The position numbers and the translations under genes are program-made. The notes beneath the pieces are model-generated. The model had not been told where the DNA came from. It searched no databases and worked only from the letters and a program-made list of their open reading frames with translations. From positions 1 through 64,000 of the forward strand of contig PSPG01000008.1 of the NCBI GenBank assembly GCA_003193925.1: a DNA stretch of 64,000 nucleotides, given 5' to 3'. Source of the DNA: Candidatus Thalassarchaeum betae. Its GTDB lineage: Archaea > Thermoplasmatota > Poseidoniia > Poseidoniales > Thalassarchaeaceae. How positions within the stretch are numbered: position 1 is the stretch's first letter; every line of letters starts with the position of its first letter. This document shows positions 26,090 to 36,120 of this stretch, in pieces.

Positions 26090-27742
26090 ATGAGTCAGAG
26101 CAACGTCCCCTGGGATCAGTTGGCGCGGGAGAGCGTGCTGCTGCGAGCGGTATCGGCGTGGAGGGATGATTCCGAGAATTGGCTAGCAGGCTCGTTCGAC
26201 AGGCTGCCCGAGACCGTTCGCGTCAACCCGCTGAGGTCTGATCGCGACTGGACAGAGGGCTGGTTGGAGGGAATCGGCTCCGAGAGGATAAGATGGTTCA
26301 GCGGAGCCGGCAGCGCTTGGACGCTGCCGTTCGAGCGAGGTGCTGCAGAGGGCAATACGAAGGCAACGCTAGCAGCCCTCCACGAGACCGGCAGGCTGAC
26401 TCGCCAGGAGGCGGTCTCGATGCTGCCTGTGATCGCTCTGGACGCGCAGCCCGGGGAAGTGATCCTCGACATGTGCGCCTCGCCCGGCTCCAAGACGACT
26501 CAGATATCAGAGCACCTCGGTGATGCGGGGGCGGTGTTCGCCAACGAAGTGGTGAACTCGAGGGTCAACATGCTGGTATCCAACGTCCAGAGGCACGCAT
26601 CCAGAACTCCGATTGTCGTCCATCACGACGGCAGACACATTCCACGTGTCCCCGAGTCCGGCTTCGACAGGATCCTAGTCGACGTCCCCTGCACCGGCTC
26701 GGGGACCACTAGGAAGAATCCCGAGGTCTGGGGCAAGTGGCTCCCCTCGGGGGCCCGCTCCCTCCACGACCTACAGGTCGCACTGCTCTCCCGGGCGGTG
26801 ACGCTGGTGAAGCCCGGAGGCAGGGTCGTCTACGCGACCTGCTCTCTCGACCCGGTCGAGGACGAGGCAGTCGTGGCCGAGGTGCTGCGTAACTCCGAGG
26901 GCGTCGGCATGAGGTCGGTCTCGGAACTGCTGCCCGGCCTGCCCGGCGAGGCCGGTCGCGCCGACTGGCCCATCCTGAGCGATGACGGCACTCTCGCTGT
27001 GCTCGAACTGCCTGAATCCATGCTGCCACCGAGCGAGCCGGGCCTCGCCTCCCAGTTACCCCTCTCCATGCGCGTGTGGAACGACGAGGTCGGCGGCGGG
27101 GGCTTCTTCTTAGCTGTGCTGGAGAAGTCCGAGGATGCGCCCGCACGTCCGGCCCCTGAGGTCGAGACGGTGATGACAGCGGATCAGGTCAAACCTGACT
27201 CGGACGATTCACCCAGACCGATATCGGACGAGGCCTCCTCGGCAGTGGAGTCAGTTTGGGGGGCGCTACCGGAGAACCTCTGGCAGCGCGGCAAGCGCCT
27301 GATGCTGTCGACTCCCGAGGTGCGTAGCGTCTGGGAGTCGGAGAGGAGCCGCCGGGGCGGCCGGACGAGGATTCCCGGTGGGCGCTGGCGTCCGCTGAAG
27401 GTCATCCACTTGGGACTCAATGCCGCGCGCCTGCGGGGAGGCGCCGTCGAGAGGATAGTCGCTGGAGCTGCCCAAGAGTTGGCACCGACGCTACCTGGCG
27501 CCTCGACTGAGGTAGACGGCGCGCTCATCGACGAGCTGCTTGCAGGTGAAGAGCCGCTTCCCGCCGAGGCCAGCGACGGATTGGCAGATGTCAGAGGCGG
27601 CCACGTCCTCATCGACCAAGCCACAGGGGACTGCATACCGGTATGGATCGGCGGACGGGTGAGCCTGATGCTGGGACAGGCTGAGCGCCGAGTCCTCTCA
27701 CTCAAGCGCGGCTCGTCAATAACTGAGAAAGAAGGCGGATAG
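26090..27742 (+). CDS. RsmB/NOP2/NSUN-family RNA m5C methyltransferase
   Basis: LDMCASPGSKT, DRILVDVPCTGSG (PC Cys), YATCSL (TC Cys), GFF. Confidence 0.93.
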   Translation: MSQSNVPWDQLARESVLLRAVSAWRDDSENWLAGSFDRLPETVRVNPLRSDRDWTEGWLEGIGSERIRWFSGAGSAWTLPFERGAAEGNTKATLAALHETGRLTRQEAVSMLPVIALDAQPGEVILDMCASPGSKTTQISEHLGDAGAVFANEVVNSRVNMLVSNVQRHASRTPIVVHHDGRHIPRVPESGFDRILVDVPCTGSGTTRKNPEVWGKWLPSGARSLHDLQVALLSRAVTLVKPGGRVVYATCSLDPVEDEAVVAEVLRNSEGVGMRSVSELLPGLPGEAGRADWPILSDDGTLAVLELPESMLPPSEPGLASQLPLSMRVWNDEVGGGGFFLAVLEKSEDAPARPAPEVETVMTADQVKPDSDDSPRPISDEASSAVESVWGALPENLWQRGKRLMLSTPEVRSVWESERSRRGGRTRIPGGRWRPLKVIHLGLNAARLRGGAVERIVAGAAQELAPTLPGASTEVDGALIDELLAGEEPLPAEASDGLADVRGGHVLIDQATGDCIPVWIGGRVSLMLGQAERRVLSLKRGSSITEKEGG

Positions 27743-27836
27743 CAGCCCTAGCGATGAACATTCGACCAAGCAACCCATCAAGTCGCTGGCATATGTTCAA
27801 TAGCCGTATCGTGAACTCCGTAACTCAGGTGATTAC

Positions 27837-28283
27837 ATGCTAGACGAAACCGCCCGCCGCATCCTCTCTGTCCTGCAGCGAGACGCCAGGACCTCGATGC
27901 GCAAGATCTCCGAGGAGGTGGGCGTTTCCCTAGGTACTGTGAGCAATCGAGTGCGCAGGCTCGAGGAGATCGGGGTGATTCGAGGATACACGGTTTTGCT
28001 GGACCCGGAGAAGGTTGGATGGGACCTGAATGTCGTCGTCGGACTGCGCATACAGAAGGGTCGTCTGATAGAAATCCAGGAGAAGATCGCCGAGGACCCA
28101 CGCGTCTACGGGGTGTACGACGTGACCGGTGACTTCGACTCCATGGTCGTCGCTCGAGCGCGTGACAGGAGCGACTTGGACGAGCTGTCAAAGAACGTCA
28201 TGTCCATCGACGGTATCGAGCGTTCGGTCACCCACCTCGTGCTCAACACTGTCAAGGAGTCCCCGACGACCCTGCCGGACTAG
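27837..28283 (+). CDS. Lrp/AsnC family transcriptional regulator
   Basis: N-terminal HTH (ISEEVGVSLGTVSNRVRRLEEIGVIRGY) and RAM domain VYDVTGDFD. Confidence 0.93.
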   Translation: MLDETARRILSVLQRDARTSMRKISEEVGVSLGTVSNRVRRLEEIGVIRGYTVLLDPEKVGWDLNVVVGLRIQKGRLIEIQEKIAEDPRVYGVYDVTGDFDSMVVARARDRSDLDELSKNVMSIDGIERSVTHLVLNTVKESPTTLPD

Positions 28284-28286
28284 TAG

Positions 28287-28808
28287 TCAGCCCCGCGCCT
28301 CGAGCTGCTCCTCGATCATCGGCGCTAGTGACTTGGCGTGCGGGGCCAGCGACTCAACCGTCCTGCCCTCGGGCTTCATCACCCTGAGCAGGACTCGTCG
28401 CAGATCCTCGTCCACAGGGACGTCGAGGGCCATCAGCCTGTCCCTGAGGTTCGTCTGGATCCTGCCGCCGGTCCTGTCCCAATCCATCAGCAGAATCAGT
28501 GACGGCCCGCGGTCGATGATGTTGCGCGTGCCGTAGGTCCCATAGAGGTAAGCGACCAGTCGTGAGCGATCCCAGCCGCGGTTCACCTTCTCTATCGTCC
28601 CGGAGAATCCCAACACCCGGAGAGCCCTCTCGTCCTTGATGCCCTCGACCACCACCGGACAGTCTGGGGAACCTTTCGAGGGGCGGTTCCTGAGGATGGA
28701 TTCGGCGATGGCCTTGGCCGCCGCTCGGAAGCGAATCTCACGGTCCGGTGGGCCGGCCCTCCGAGCCCGCTCGTCGACCCAGTCAGGCAACCCATCTCTA
28801 GTAGACAT
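28287..28808 (-). CDS. Small TOPRIM-domain protein
   Basis: VVVEGIKDERAL and LMDWDRTG (conserved E and DxD). Confidence 0.85.
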   Translation of the reverse strand: MSTRDGLPDWVDERARRAGPPDREIRFRAAAKAIAESILRNRPSKGSPDCPVVVEGIKDERALRVLGFSGTIEKVNRGWDRSRLVAYLYGTYGTRNIIDRGPSLILLMDWDRTGGRIQTNLRDRLMALDVPVDEDLRRVLLRVMKPEGRTVESLAPHAKSLAPMIEEQLEARG

Positions 28809-29110
28809 CAGCGACCCTCCAGCAGCCCTTCGATAGCCTCTGGACGCACTCCACTCACCCGTACGCTCTTGCGACGGCTGGAATGGCCGCTCTCGATGCT
28901 CAACTCAGACCTCTTCAATCCAATCCACTCGGCCAAAGCCTCCAGCAGCGCCAGATTGGCCGCACCGCCATGCGGTTGCGCGGTTACTGCAACCTTCAGA
29001 CGTCCTCTCCAAGGCTCTATTCCGAGCACCTCCGTGCGGCGTGCTCCGGGGATGGCATCGATGTCGATGATGGTATCGCCACCGGACTCCCGCAGCCATT
29101 CTTGAGGCAT
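28808..29110 (-). CDS. DUF167 (YggU/UPF0235) protein
   Basis: PGARRT, LKVAVTAQPHGGAAN, GHSSRRK. Confidence 0.88.
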   Translation of the reverse strand: MPQEWLRESGGDTIIDIDAIPGARRTEVLGIEPWRGRLKVAVTAQPHGGAANLALLEALAEWIGLKRSELSIESGHSSRRKSVRVSGVRPEAIEGLLEGR

Positions 29111-29234
29111 CTTCAGAAAACTTGAGTAGGCAATCCCTTGAAGTCATTTCTCGGTAACTCTTCGCGACCTCTCAAGATGTCGATTCCGCGATACTTATGA
29201 GTGTGTTTCGTACGCGTCCGGATGAGAGATAGCG

Positions 29235-29948
29235 ATGGCTGAAGTGACTGCGCTATACGATGCCATCTGGGACGAGTACATCCTATGGTCGGTATTGGTC
29301 GGGGTAGTCACATTCGGGTGGCTCTACCACCATTCGTTCTACTACCGCTCGAGCGAAGGCGAGCAACCGAATGTCGACGAGTTGGAAGTGGGTGTCTTCC
29401 CCAGGGAAAACGACAACCTGAGGCTCGAAATCACATGGACTGTCTTGCCTACCCTGCTCATAGTCTACCTGACGTACATCTCATGGGCGCCTCTGGACGC
29501 GGTGTGGAGCCAGGTAGGTGAGGATGGGTGGCATGGAGACGTATGTGCGGACGGTCAGTCTTCGAGCAACTACATCGACGATGAGGGATACGTGCACTCC
29601 GAGTGCTACCACGAGATTGGTATCACCGGTCAGCAGTGGTTCTGGGAGTTCGATTGCATGGGACTGTCCGAGGACCTGTGCTCCACCGGCTTCACGACCT
29701 TCGAGGGCGAGAGCAAGCCTCAACTGAACCTGAAGACGGGAGAGACCTACTTCGCGAACATGACTTCCCGGGATGTGATCCATGCTCCGAAATTCACCAA
29801 CTTCGGCATCATGGAGGATGTGGTGCCGGGACAGAACACTTACCTGTGGCTGCCGGCTACCGAGGAGGTTGCCTTCCTGATGATGTGCGCCGAGTACTGC
29901 GGCGACAATCACGCGTACATGACAGCTAAGATCAATGTAGAGGACTAG
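29235..29948 (+). CDS. coxB: Heme-copper oxidase subunit II (CuA)
   Basis: LEITWTVLP, GQQWFWEF, SRDVIH, CAEYCGDNHAYM CuA motif. Confidence 0.93.
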   Translation: MAEVTALYDAIWDEYILWSVLVGVVTFGWLYHHSFYYRSSEGEQPNVDELEVGVFPRENDNLRLEITWTVLPTLLIVYLTYISWAPLDAVWSQVGEDGWHGDVCADGQSSSNYIDDEGYVHSECYHEIGITGQQWFWEFDCMGLSEDLCSTGFTTFEGESKPQLNLKTGETYFANMTSRDVIHAPKFTNFGIMEDVVPGQNTYLWLPATEEVAFLMMCAEYCGDNHAYMTAKINVED

Positions 29949-29949
29949 G

Positions 29950-32280
29950 GTGGAGAGCATGGCACGCAACGTCGTCGCATCACGCTGCCTCGTCGTTTTC
30001 TCGATACTGGCCCTGGCCATGGTGATCGCTCCAGCCGTGACCTCCCTCCCAACCGGCATCTCAGGAATCAAGGACTCGGGATGCAACTGCCACGGGACTG
30101 ATCCCAGTGATTCTGTTGTACCTTCCATCGGCGGGCTTCCGGAGTCCTACAATGCCTCGGAGACGTACACCGTCACGGTATCGTTCACCGGTGGGCCCGG
30201 CACCGAGGGGAATGCGAATCTCGGGGGGTTCAACCTCTGGGCCAGCGCGGGCACCTTCACAGTCTCAGACTCCGACGTCCGGATTTGGTCACCCAACGAG
30301 GTGAGCCATAGCTATGAGGGCAACGACCAGAGATCCTGGACGTTCGAGTGGGTCGCACCAGACAGCGGTGCGGCTGTGGATTTCATCCTCCACACGAACT
30401 CAGTGAACGGCAATGAGGGCAACGATGGCTCCAGCGGTGACATGTGGAACAGGGCCGACGCAACCGTGCTCGGCTTCGGCCCGGCTCCCCTTCCGGACGT
30501 CGACCCGTTCAAGGTGCTGGCCACTTTGATGCTGGTCTCTGCGATTCTGTTTGGGATTGTGGTGCTCTATGTCTTTTACCGGAACAACCCAAGTGGCTTC
30601 GAGTGGAACAAATTCGCTCCGTGGATAACGGAATGGCTCACCAGCACCGATCACAAGAAGATCGGCACGCTGTATTTCGTGCAGGGCCTGTTCTTCCTAG
30701 GGGTTGGCGGAATCATGGCTATGATGATTCGACTTCAGCTCGCCAGTCCGGGTAACGACTTCATCACCCAGGAGTATTACAACCAGTTCTTCACTTTGCA
30801 CGGAACGACGATGATCTTCCTGGCTGCGATGCCCCTGATAGCGGGTTTCGCCAATTGGATCGTCCCTCTGCAGATAGGCGCTCCCGACCTCGCCTTCCCG
30901 CGCTTGAACGCCTTCTCCTTCTGGCTGCAGCCGGTAGCCGCGCTGCTGATCTTCACCGGGGTGTTCTCGGGCGGTGGCGCCGATACCGGATGGACTGGCT
31001 ACGCGCCCTATGTCGTGTCCGAGACGGCACACGCAGGGGTGAGCATGTGGGCTGCAGGACAAATCATGCTAGTCGCATCATCCACGCTCACCGGAATCAA
31101 CTTCCTGACCACGATAGCGGTGATGCGAGCCCCCGGAATGGGCTGGTTCCAGATGCCGCTGTTCACCTGGTCGATACTCGTCGCCAACGTGATGCTGTTC
31201 ATCTCAATCCCGGCGTTCGGGGTGGGGCTGATCCAAGTCTTCCTCGACAGGACGATCGGAACCGCGTTCTACGACGTTGCAGCCGGGGGGGACCCGTTGC
31301 TCTGGAGTCACCTGTTCTGGTACTTCGGGCATCCCGAGGTCTACGTGGTCGTCGTTCCGGCCTTCGGGGTGATCTCTGAGGTCGTCGCAACGAGCGCTCG
31401 CCGTTCGATATTCGGCTACAAATCGATGGTCTATGCGTTGGCTGGCATTGGCATCGTCGCCTTCGTCGTCTACGGCCACCACATGTTCACCTCGGGAATG
31501 TCACCGGCCCTCCGGTTCATCACCATGCTGACGACCATGCTGGTCGCGGTCCCGACAGGGATCAAGATATTCAACTGGCTCAAAACGATGCATGGTGGCT
31601 CCCTCGTCTACCGCACGCACACGCTCTGGACTCTGGGCTTCCTGGTGACTTTCACACTCGGCGGAATCTCTGGCATGTTCTTCCCGTCGATGGGGATGGA
31701 CGTGCACCTGCACGAGACCTACTTCGTCGTCGCGCACTTCCACTACGTGCTGGTGGGTGGCACGGTCTTCGGCATGTTCGCTGCCATCTACTACTGGTTC
31801 CCTAAGATGACTGGCCGGATGTTGGACGAGAGGCTCGGTGTACTGCACTTCCTGACTGGCTTCATTGCCTACAACGCCGTGTTCTGGCCGATGCACCGAC
31901 TCGGTGTGGTTGGGATGATCAGGAGGACCCATACCTACTACATCACCACCGCTGACATCCAGGCTCTGCCGGAGTGGGCAGCGGACTGGAACATGCAGAT
32001 CTCGATTGCCGCCTACGTGTTCTTCGCCAGCAACCTGATTCTGGTCTTTAACATGATCAAGTCGCTCATCCGCGGTGAGAAAGCCCCGGCCGACCCATGG
32101 GGGGGCTGGTCGTTCGAGTGGATGGTCTCCTCGCCGCCGCCGACCCCGAGTTTCGACCCGCACAACATACCGACGCTCCTGAACGCCAACGAGCATGTGG
32201 CAAACGAGCCCGGCAGACTGGGTCAGTGGTTCCAGAGGTTCATGGTGGCTGACGACGCAGCAGAGGGGGGATCGCATTGA
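29950..32280 (+). CDS. coxA: Heme-copper oxidase subunit I (A1 type) fused to an N-terminal secreted CxCH/Reeler-like domain
   Basis: TDHKKIG, HGTTM, FGHPEVY, GHHM, HFHY; ~230 aa N-terminal extension with signal peptide, GCNCHG and an extra TM helix. Confidence 0.93.
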   Translation: MESMARNVVASRCLVVFSILALAMVIAPAVTSLPTGISGIKDSGCNCHGTDPSDSVVPSIGGLPESYNASETYTVTVSFTGGPGTEGNANLGGFNLWASAGTFTVSDSDVRIWSPNEVSHSYEGNDQRSWTFEWVAPDSGAAVDFILHTNSVNGNEGNDGSSGDMWNRADATVLGFGPAPLPDVDPFKVLATLMLVSAILFGIVVLYVFYRNNPSGFEWNKFAPWITEWLTSTDHKKIGTLYFVQGLFFLGVGGIMAMMIRLQLASPGNDFITQEYYNQFFTLHGTTMIFLAAMPLIAGFANWIVPLQIGAPDLAFPRLNAFSFWLQPVAALLIFTGVFSGGGADTGWTGYAPYVVSETAHAGVSMWAAGQIMLVASSTLTGINFLTTIAVMRAPGMGWFQMPLFTWSILVANVMLFISIPAFGVGLIQVFLDRTIGTAFYDVAAGGDPLLWSHLFWYFGHPEVYVVVVPAFGVISEVVATSARRSIFGYKSMVYALAGIGIVAFVVYGHHMFTSGMSPALRFITMLTTMLVAVPTGIKIFNWLKTMHGGSLVYRTHTLWTLGFLVTFTLGGISGMFFPSMGMDVHLHETYFVVAHFHYVLVGGTVFGMFAAIYYWFPKMTGRMLDERLGVLHFLTGFIAYNAVFWPMHRLGVVGMIRRTHTYYITTADIQALPEWAADWNMQISIAAYVFFASNLILVFNMIKSLIRGEKAPADPWGGWSFEWMVSSPPPTPSFDPHNIPTLLNANEHVANEPGRLGQWFQRFMVADDAAEGGSH

Positions 32281-33326
32281 GCGACGACTACTACGGTCAT
32301 GACGAGGATCACCCGAGCCCGTGGGGCCCGCACGATTGGGATCACGGCGCTCCTCACAACTCATGGTTCCCCGTCATCATGGCAATTGGCATCGGAATCT
32401 TCCTGCTGATGTTCGCCCGAGTATTCAGTTTCGGCGAGTACGACTTCAGCTACCTGCCGATGGTCTTCGTCGGACTCGCCGTGGTTGCGGCCGCGATGAT
32501 CGTATGGTGGCGCCAGGACATGTCGTTCGACGGCACCTACGAGCCACGCTCCAGCGGTGCCCCGTTCAAGAGCATCCAGATTCGAAAGGTCGGGACGTGG
32601 GTCTTCTTGATGTCCGAGATGATGATCTTCACCGCTCTGTTCAGCACCTACATGCGCTACCGATTCGGCATACCTCGCTGCGACACGGTATTCGAGTCTG
32701 GAGATTGGGTGGAAGGTACCGCTGTAACCTGCTTCGAGCCTGCGAGCCACCTCATAGCCTCGAGCTGGTGGCACATCGCCCCGGGGGCGACCAACACCTT
32801 CGCCCTGATCATCTCATCGTTCACCATCGTGCAGGCGCTGCGCTGGGCCCACAAGCCAGAAGGCAGCGTCGACGAGGAAGTTCGCAGGAAGAGGATCTAC
32901 CGCTACCTGGGAGCGACCTGGTGCTTGGCCGCGCTCTTCCTGACGCTGAAGATAATCGAGTGGTTCATCGGGTTCCACGTGCCGGAAATCGGCTTCCTCG
33001 GATTGCAGGAGCATGAGATACCCTCGCTGTACAGCGAGGGCTACCTGATCAACAACGACCACTACCAGCACCACGACTACATCGATGAGACAGGTGCCCA
33101 CATGATGGCCAACATCCGGGTCAGCGCCACCATGTTCTACGTCACCACCGGGACGCATGGTTTCCACGTGCTCGGCGGTCTGATCGGGCTGACCTACCTG
33201 ACGTACAAGGCCTGGACCGGCGCCTACACACCGCAGAGCGCGGTCTCGATCGAGTACTTCGGGCTCTACTGGCACTTCGTCGACCTGATATGGGTCCTCG
33301 TGTTCCCGTTCTTCTATCTGTACTGA
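32277..33326 (+). CDS. coxC: Heme-copper oxidase subunit III
   Basis: WVFLMSE, TGTHGFHV, GLYWHFVDLIW. Confidence 0.92.
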   Translation: MSDDYYGHDEDHPSPWGPHDWDHGAPHNSWFPVIMAIGIGIFLLMFARVFSFGEYDFSYLPMVFVGLAVVAAAMIVWWRQDMSFDGTYEPRSSGAPFKSIQIRKVGTWVFLMSEMMIFTALFSTYMRYRFGIPRCDTVFESGDWVEGTAVTCFEPASHLIASSWWHIAPGATNTFALIISSFTIVQALRWAHKPEGSVDEEVRRKRIYRYLGATWCLAALFLTLKIIEWFIGFHVPEIGFLGLQEHEIPSLYSEGYLINNDHYQHHDYIDETGAHMMANIRVSATMFYVTTGTHGFHVLGGLIGLTYLTYKAWTGAYTPQSAVSIEYFGLYWHFVDLIWVLVFPFFYLY

Positions 33327-33336
33327 GGTGAGTCAA

Positions 33337-33666
33337 ATGTCAAACACGATCTTCGGAAAAGACGCATATTGGATGAACTTCTTCGGTCTGATGGTCCTCA
33401 CTGCTATCGAGGTCGGAGCGGTCGGGAGCGACCTGTCACGCGATACCACTCTGATGGTACTCTCCGTCGTAGCGGTTCCCAAGCTGCTGATGATCGCTGC
33501 CATCTTCATGCATCTGTGGGGCAGCGAAGACTCGCGCATTCTGACCCTGACTGCCCTCTTCCCGGCCTTCTTCATCATCGTCATGGTCCTGTTCATCGGA
33601 CTCACCCACCCAGACGGCGCCACTGGCCTGCCCGCGTGGTGCAGACCCGGCACATACGGCCTGTGA
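33337..33666 (+). CDS. coxD: Heme-copper oxidase subunit IV
   Basis: LTAIEV...K...IFMHL pattern; operon position; GAGGTGA ribosome-binding site upstream of ATG 33337. Confidence 0.85.
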   Translation: MSNTIFGKDAYWMNFFGLMVLTAIEVGAVGSDLSRDTTLMVLSVVAVPKLLMIAAIFMHLWGSEDSRILTLTALFPAFFIIVMVLFIGLTHPDGATGLPAWCRPGTYGL

Positions 33667-33709
33667 GTCTGAAAGGATTCATGGATAGTGGCGGCTTCGC
33701 AATCCTGCT

Positions 33710-33795
33710 GCAGACGTCGCATAGCCTGGTATTGCGCCGGATTTGAAATCCGGTGTCCTCGTGACTCGGGAGTTCAAATCTCTCCGTCTGCGCCA
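33710..33795 (+). tRNA. tRNA-Ser (TGA)
   Basis: GCAGACG/CGTCTGC acceptor stem, CCGGA-TTTGAAA-TCCGG anticodon arm, long variable arm, G discriminator, encoded CCA. Confidence 0.95.
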
Positions 33796-33798
33796 CTA

Positions 33799-34845
33799 TC
33801 ACTCGTTGGGTATCGAGGCTGCGCCTCGTACTGTAATCTGGTCGTCGTAGTATTGCAGACTGACAGGAGTCGTGATCACGGCCTCGCCATCTACGTTCAC
33901 ATAGAGCACAGGATCGTGTCTTTCCTCGGTGGGATTCCCATCGGAGTCAATGGCTCTGAGTTCCATACTCTTAGCGGGCCTCATCGAAATCTTGCCCCAC
34001 TTCCCAATATGCTTCCCCTTCTCGAGTGGGCCCATCACTGCTAGCATCTGCAGTTTGGACAGGCCGAAGGCGAGCACAAGAGAGCCGTGGCCTTGTGTCG
34101 GAGCTGCTCCGGGTGCGACTTTGAAGCCCCCTCCAAAGGTCTGACACTGACTCATGCAGAAAAGACCCGAGAGGTCGACTTCATGTCCTGGCTCGTCGTC
34201 GATTCTGATCCAACCACTCTGCTTCTTCCAGCCAATAATCGCCTTTATTCCGAGAGCGGTGTATTTTAGTTGGCCTCCTATCCAACTGAAGACTCCCTCT
34301 GTCTTCATTCGATTGACTGCGGAGGTGACTCCGCTGTCACTCTCCAAGAAGCTCCAGCGAACGAGGTTGCCAGATGAAATTGGCTCTCCGTTGCACGAGT
34401 GCGGAACAGGGGCTGGAATCAAGGGGTGATCAGGAGAAGGTGGACCTTCGACCCGAACTGCGCCAACCCTACGGTTGACTCCATTGGTCAGGATGTCTAC
34501 CGCTCCCTGCATATCTGGAAACTTTTTCCCCCGAGGAATCGGGATTCCGTGGGCCCGGGCGTAGTCATTACCACTTCCAATCGGCAGGATGCCCAGTACC
34601 TTATCCGACCCACGCAGACCCGAGGCTACCTCGTGTACGGTCCCATCCCCACCTACTGCGACGATCATCTCATAGTCGCTATCTCGTAGATTCGAAGCTA
34701 TCTCCATCCCGTGACCTATGGCCTGGGTGTGATGCAAATCGATTTCGTAACCAGCCTCCTTCAATGAGGCTTCAAACAACACCCACTGTTTGACCGACAA
34801 TCCATCGCGGGCTTTCGGATTCAGGATGCAGGCGATGCGGGGCAC
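33799..34845 (-). CDS. Diacylglycerol kinase-family lipid kinase (YegS/DagK-like)
   Basis: ILNPKA, VGGDGTVHEV, LPIGSGNDYAR, FGGG, NVDGE. Confidence 0.9.
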   Translation of the reverse strand: MPRIACILNPKARDGLSVKQWVLFEASLKEAGYEIDLHHTQAIGHGMEIASNLRDSDYEMIVAVGGDGTVHEVASGLRGSDKVLGILPIGSGNDYARAHGIPIPRGKKFPDMQGAVDILTNGVNRRVGAVRVEGPPSPDHPLIPAPVPHSCNGEPISSGNLVRWSFLESDSGVTSAVNRMKTEGVFSWIGGQLKYTALGIKAIIGWKKQSGWIRIDDEPGHEVDLSGLFCMSQCQTFGGGFKVAPGAAPTQGHGSLVLAFGLSKLQMLAVMGPLEKGKHIGKWGKISMRPAKSMELRAIDSDGNPTEERHDPVLYVNVDGEAVITTPVSLQYYDDQITVRGAASIPNE

Positions 34846-34929
34846 GGCGTCGACAGGGCGGGTTTACGATTTGAATACTCTCAATACAAGAAATGATGAG
34901 TGAGAGGCAGTTCCCGAGTCTGGGATTAC

Positions 34930-36012
34930 ATGGACGGAGAAGCCGGTTTCATGCGACGCGCGCTCGAGCTGGCCGAGCGTGGAAGAGGGCGCGTCATGCC
35001 CAATCCGCTGGTCGGATGCGTGCTCGTGCGAGACGACGAAATCGTCGCCGAGGGCTGGCACGACCACATCGGAGGACTGCACGCCGAGCAGATGGCCATA
35101 GCCGACGCCGAGGTTCGTGGGGTGCCTACCAAGGGGACTACAGCCTACATCACCCTCGAGCCCTGCAATCACTTCGGCAGGACGCCGCCTTGCACCGAAG
35201 CGCTGCTCTGGGCCGGTGTGAGTCACGTCGTCATCGGTGTCCCCGACCCCAACCCGACGGTTCGCGGCGGCGGGATCGGGGCCCTGCGCTCCGAGGGATT
35301 GGAGGTCGACGAGGGGATGCTCGCAGAGCAGTGCGAGGAGCAGATGCACGAGTTCATGCACTGGTGCCGAACCAGGCGTCCCCATGTTCTGCTCAAGGCC
35401 GCAATCGACGCCCATGGTCGGATTGACGGTGACCCCGACCTGCCTGCGGAGCGCTTCTCCTCGGAGGCCTCGCTCGAGCTGGTTCACAGACTGCGAGCCG
35501 CCTCGATGGCGATACTCGTCGGAATCAACACAGTGATCCGCGACGACCCCTCTCTCACGGTGCGCGGGCCGGACATCGGCCCGCAGGACTCACCTCTCAG
35601 AGTCGTCATCGACCCTAACTGCAGAGTCCCAGAGGATAGCGAGTTGCTGGTCGACGGTGCAGCACCCACTCTGCTGGTTCACTGCACCGACCCGAGCGAA
35701 AACATCGGTGATGCCCCGCATGTGGAACGAGTGGTGCTGACCGAAGACGATGGCGAACTGCCGGTATCGAGAATCCTCGACATGCTGGGCGACCGCGGTA
35801 TCCAGTCTCTCATGGTGGAAGGGGGAGCAGACACCTGGAGGCGCTTCCTCGCAGAGGAAGCGGTCGACCGTGCGCACCTGTGCCGCTCGCCGTTCGCCCT
35901 GTCAGGAGATGGTGGGCTCACGTTCAGCGAAGACGAGTTGACCAAAGCCGGGCTGAGGTGCGTTTCGATGATTGATGTGGACGGTGACGAAGTTAGCCAC
36001 TGGAAGCGGTAG
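34930..36012 (+). CDS. ribD: Bifunctional riboflavin biosynthesis deaminase/reductase
   Basis: PNPLVGCV, HAE, TLEPCNHFGRTPPC, DDPSLTVR, LMVEGGA. Confidence 0.95.
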   Translation: MDGEAGFMRRALELAERGRGRVMPNPLVGCVLVRDDEIVAEGWHDHIGGLHAEQMAIADAEVRGVPTKGTTAYITLEPCNHFGRTPPCTEALLWAGVSHVVIGVPDPNPTVRGGGIGALRSEGLEVDEGMLAEQCEEQMHEFMHWCRTRRPHVLLKAAIDAHGRIDGDPDLPAERFSSEASLELVHRLRAASMAILVGINTVIRDDPSLTVRGPDIGPQDSPLRVVIDPNCRVPEDSELLVDGAAPTLLVHCTDPSENIGDAPHVERVVLTEDDGELPVSRILDMLGDRGIQSLMVEGGADTWRRFLAEEAVDRAHLCRSPFALSGDGGLTFSEDELTKAGLRCVSMIDVDGDEVSHWKR

Positions 36013-36089
36013 TGGCGGGCCGTGCAGGATTCGAACCCACGTCTCCGGCTCCGAAAGCCGGAAGGATATCCAGACTACCCTAACAGCCC
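36013..36089 (-). tRNA. tRNA-Arg (TCG)
   Basis: GGGCTGT acceptor stem, CCGGC-TTTCGGA-GCCGG anticodon arm, GGTTCGAATCC, encoded CCA. Confidence 0.95.
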
Positions 36090-36120
36090 TCTCCAACTCG
36101 CGAGCCGTGGCGACCCGTCT

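Noticed and set aside
27754-27799. Inverted pair TGAACAT...ATGTTCA upstream of the Lrp gene
   Set aside because: Could be an autoregulatory site, but a 7-bp match with long spacing is too weak to call
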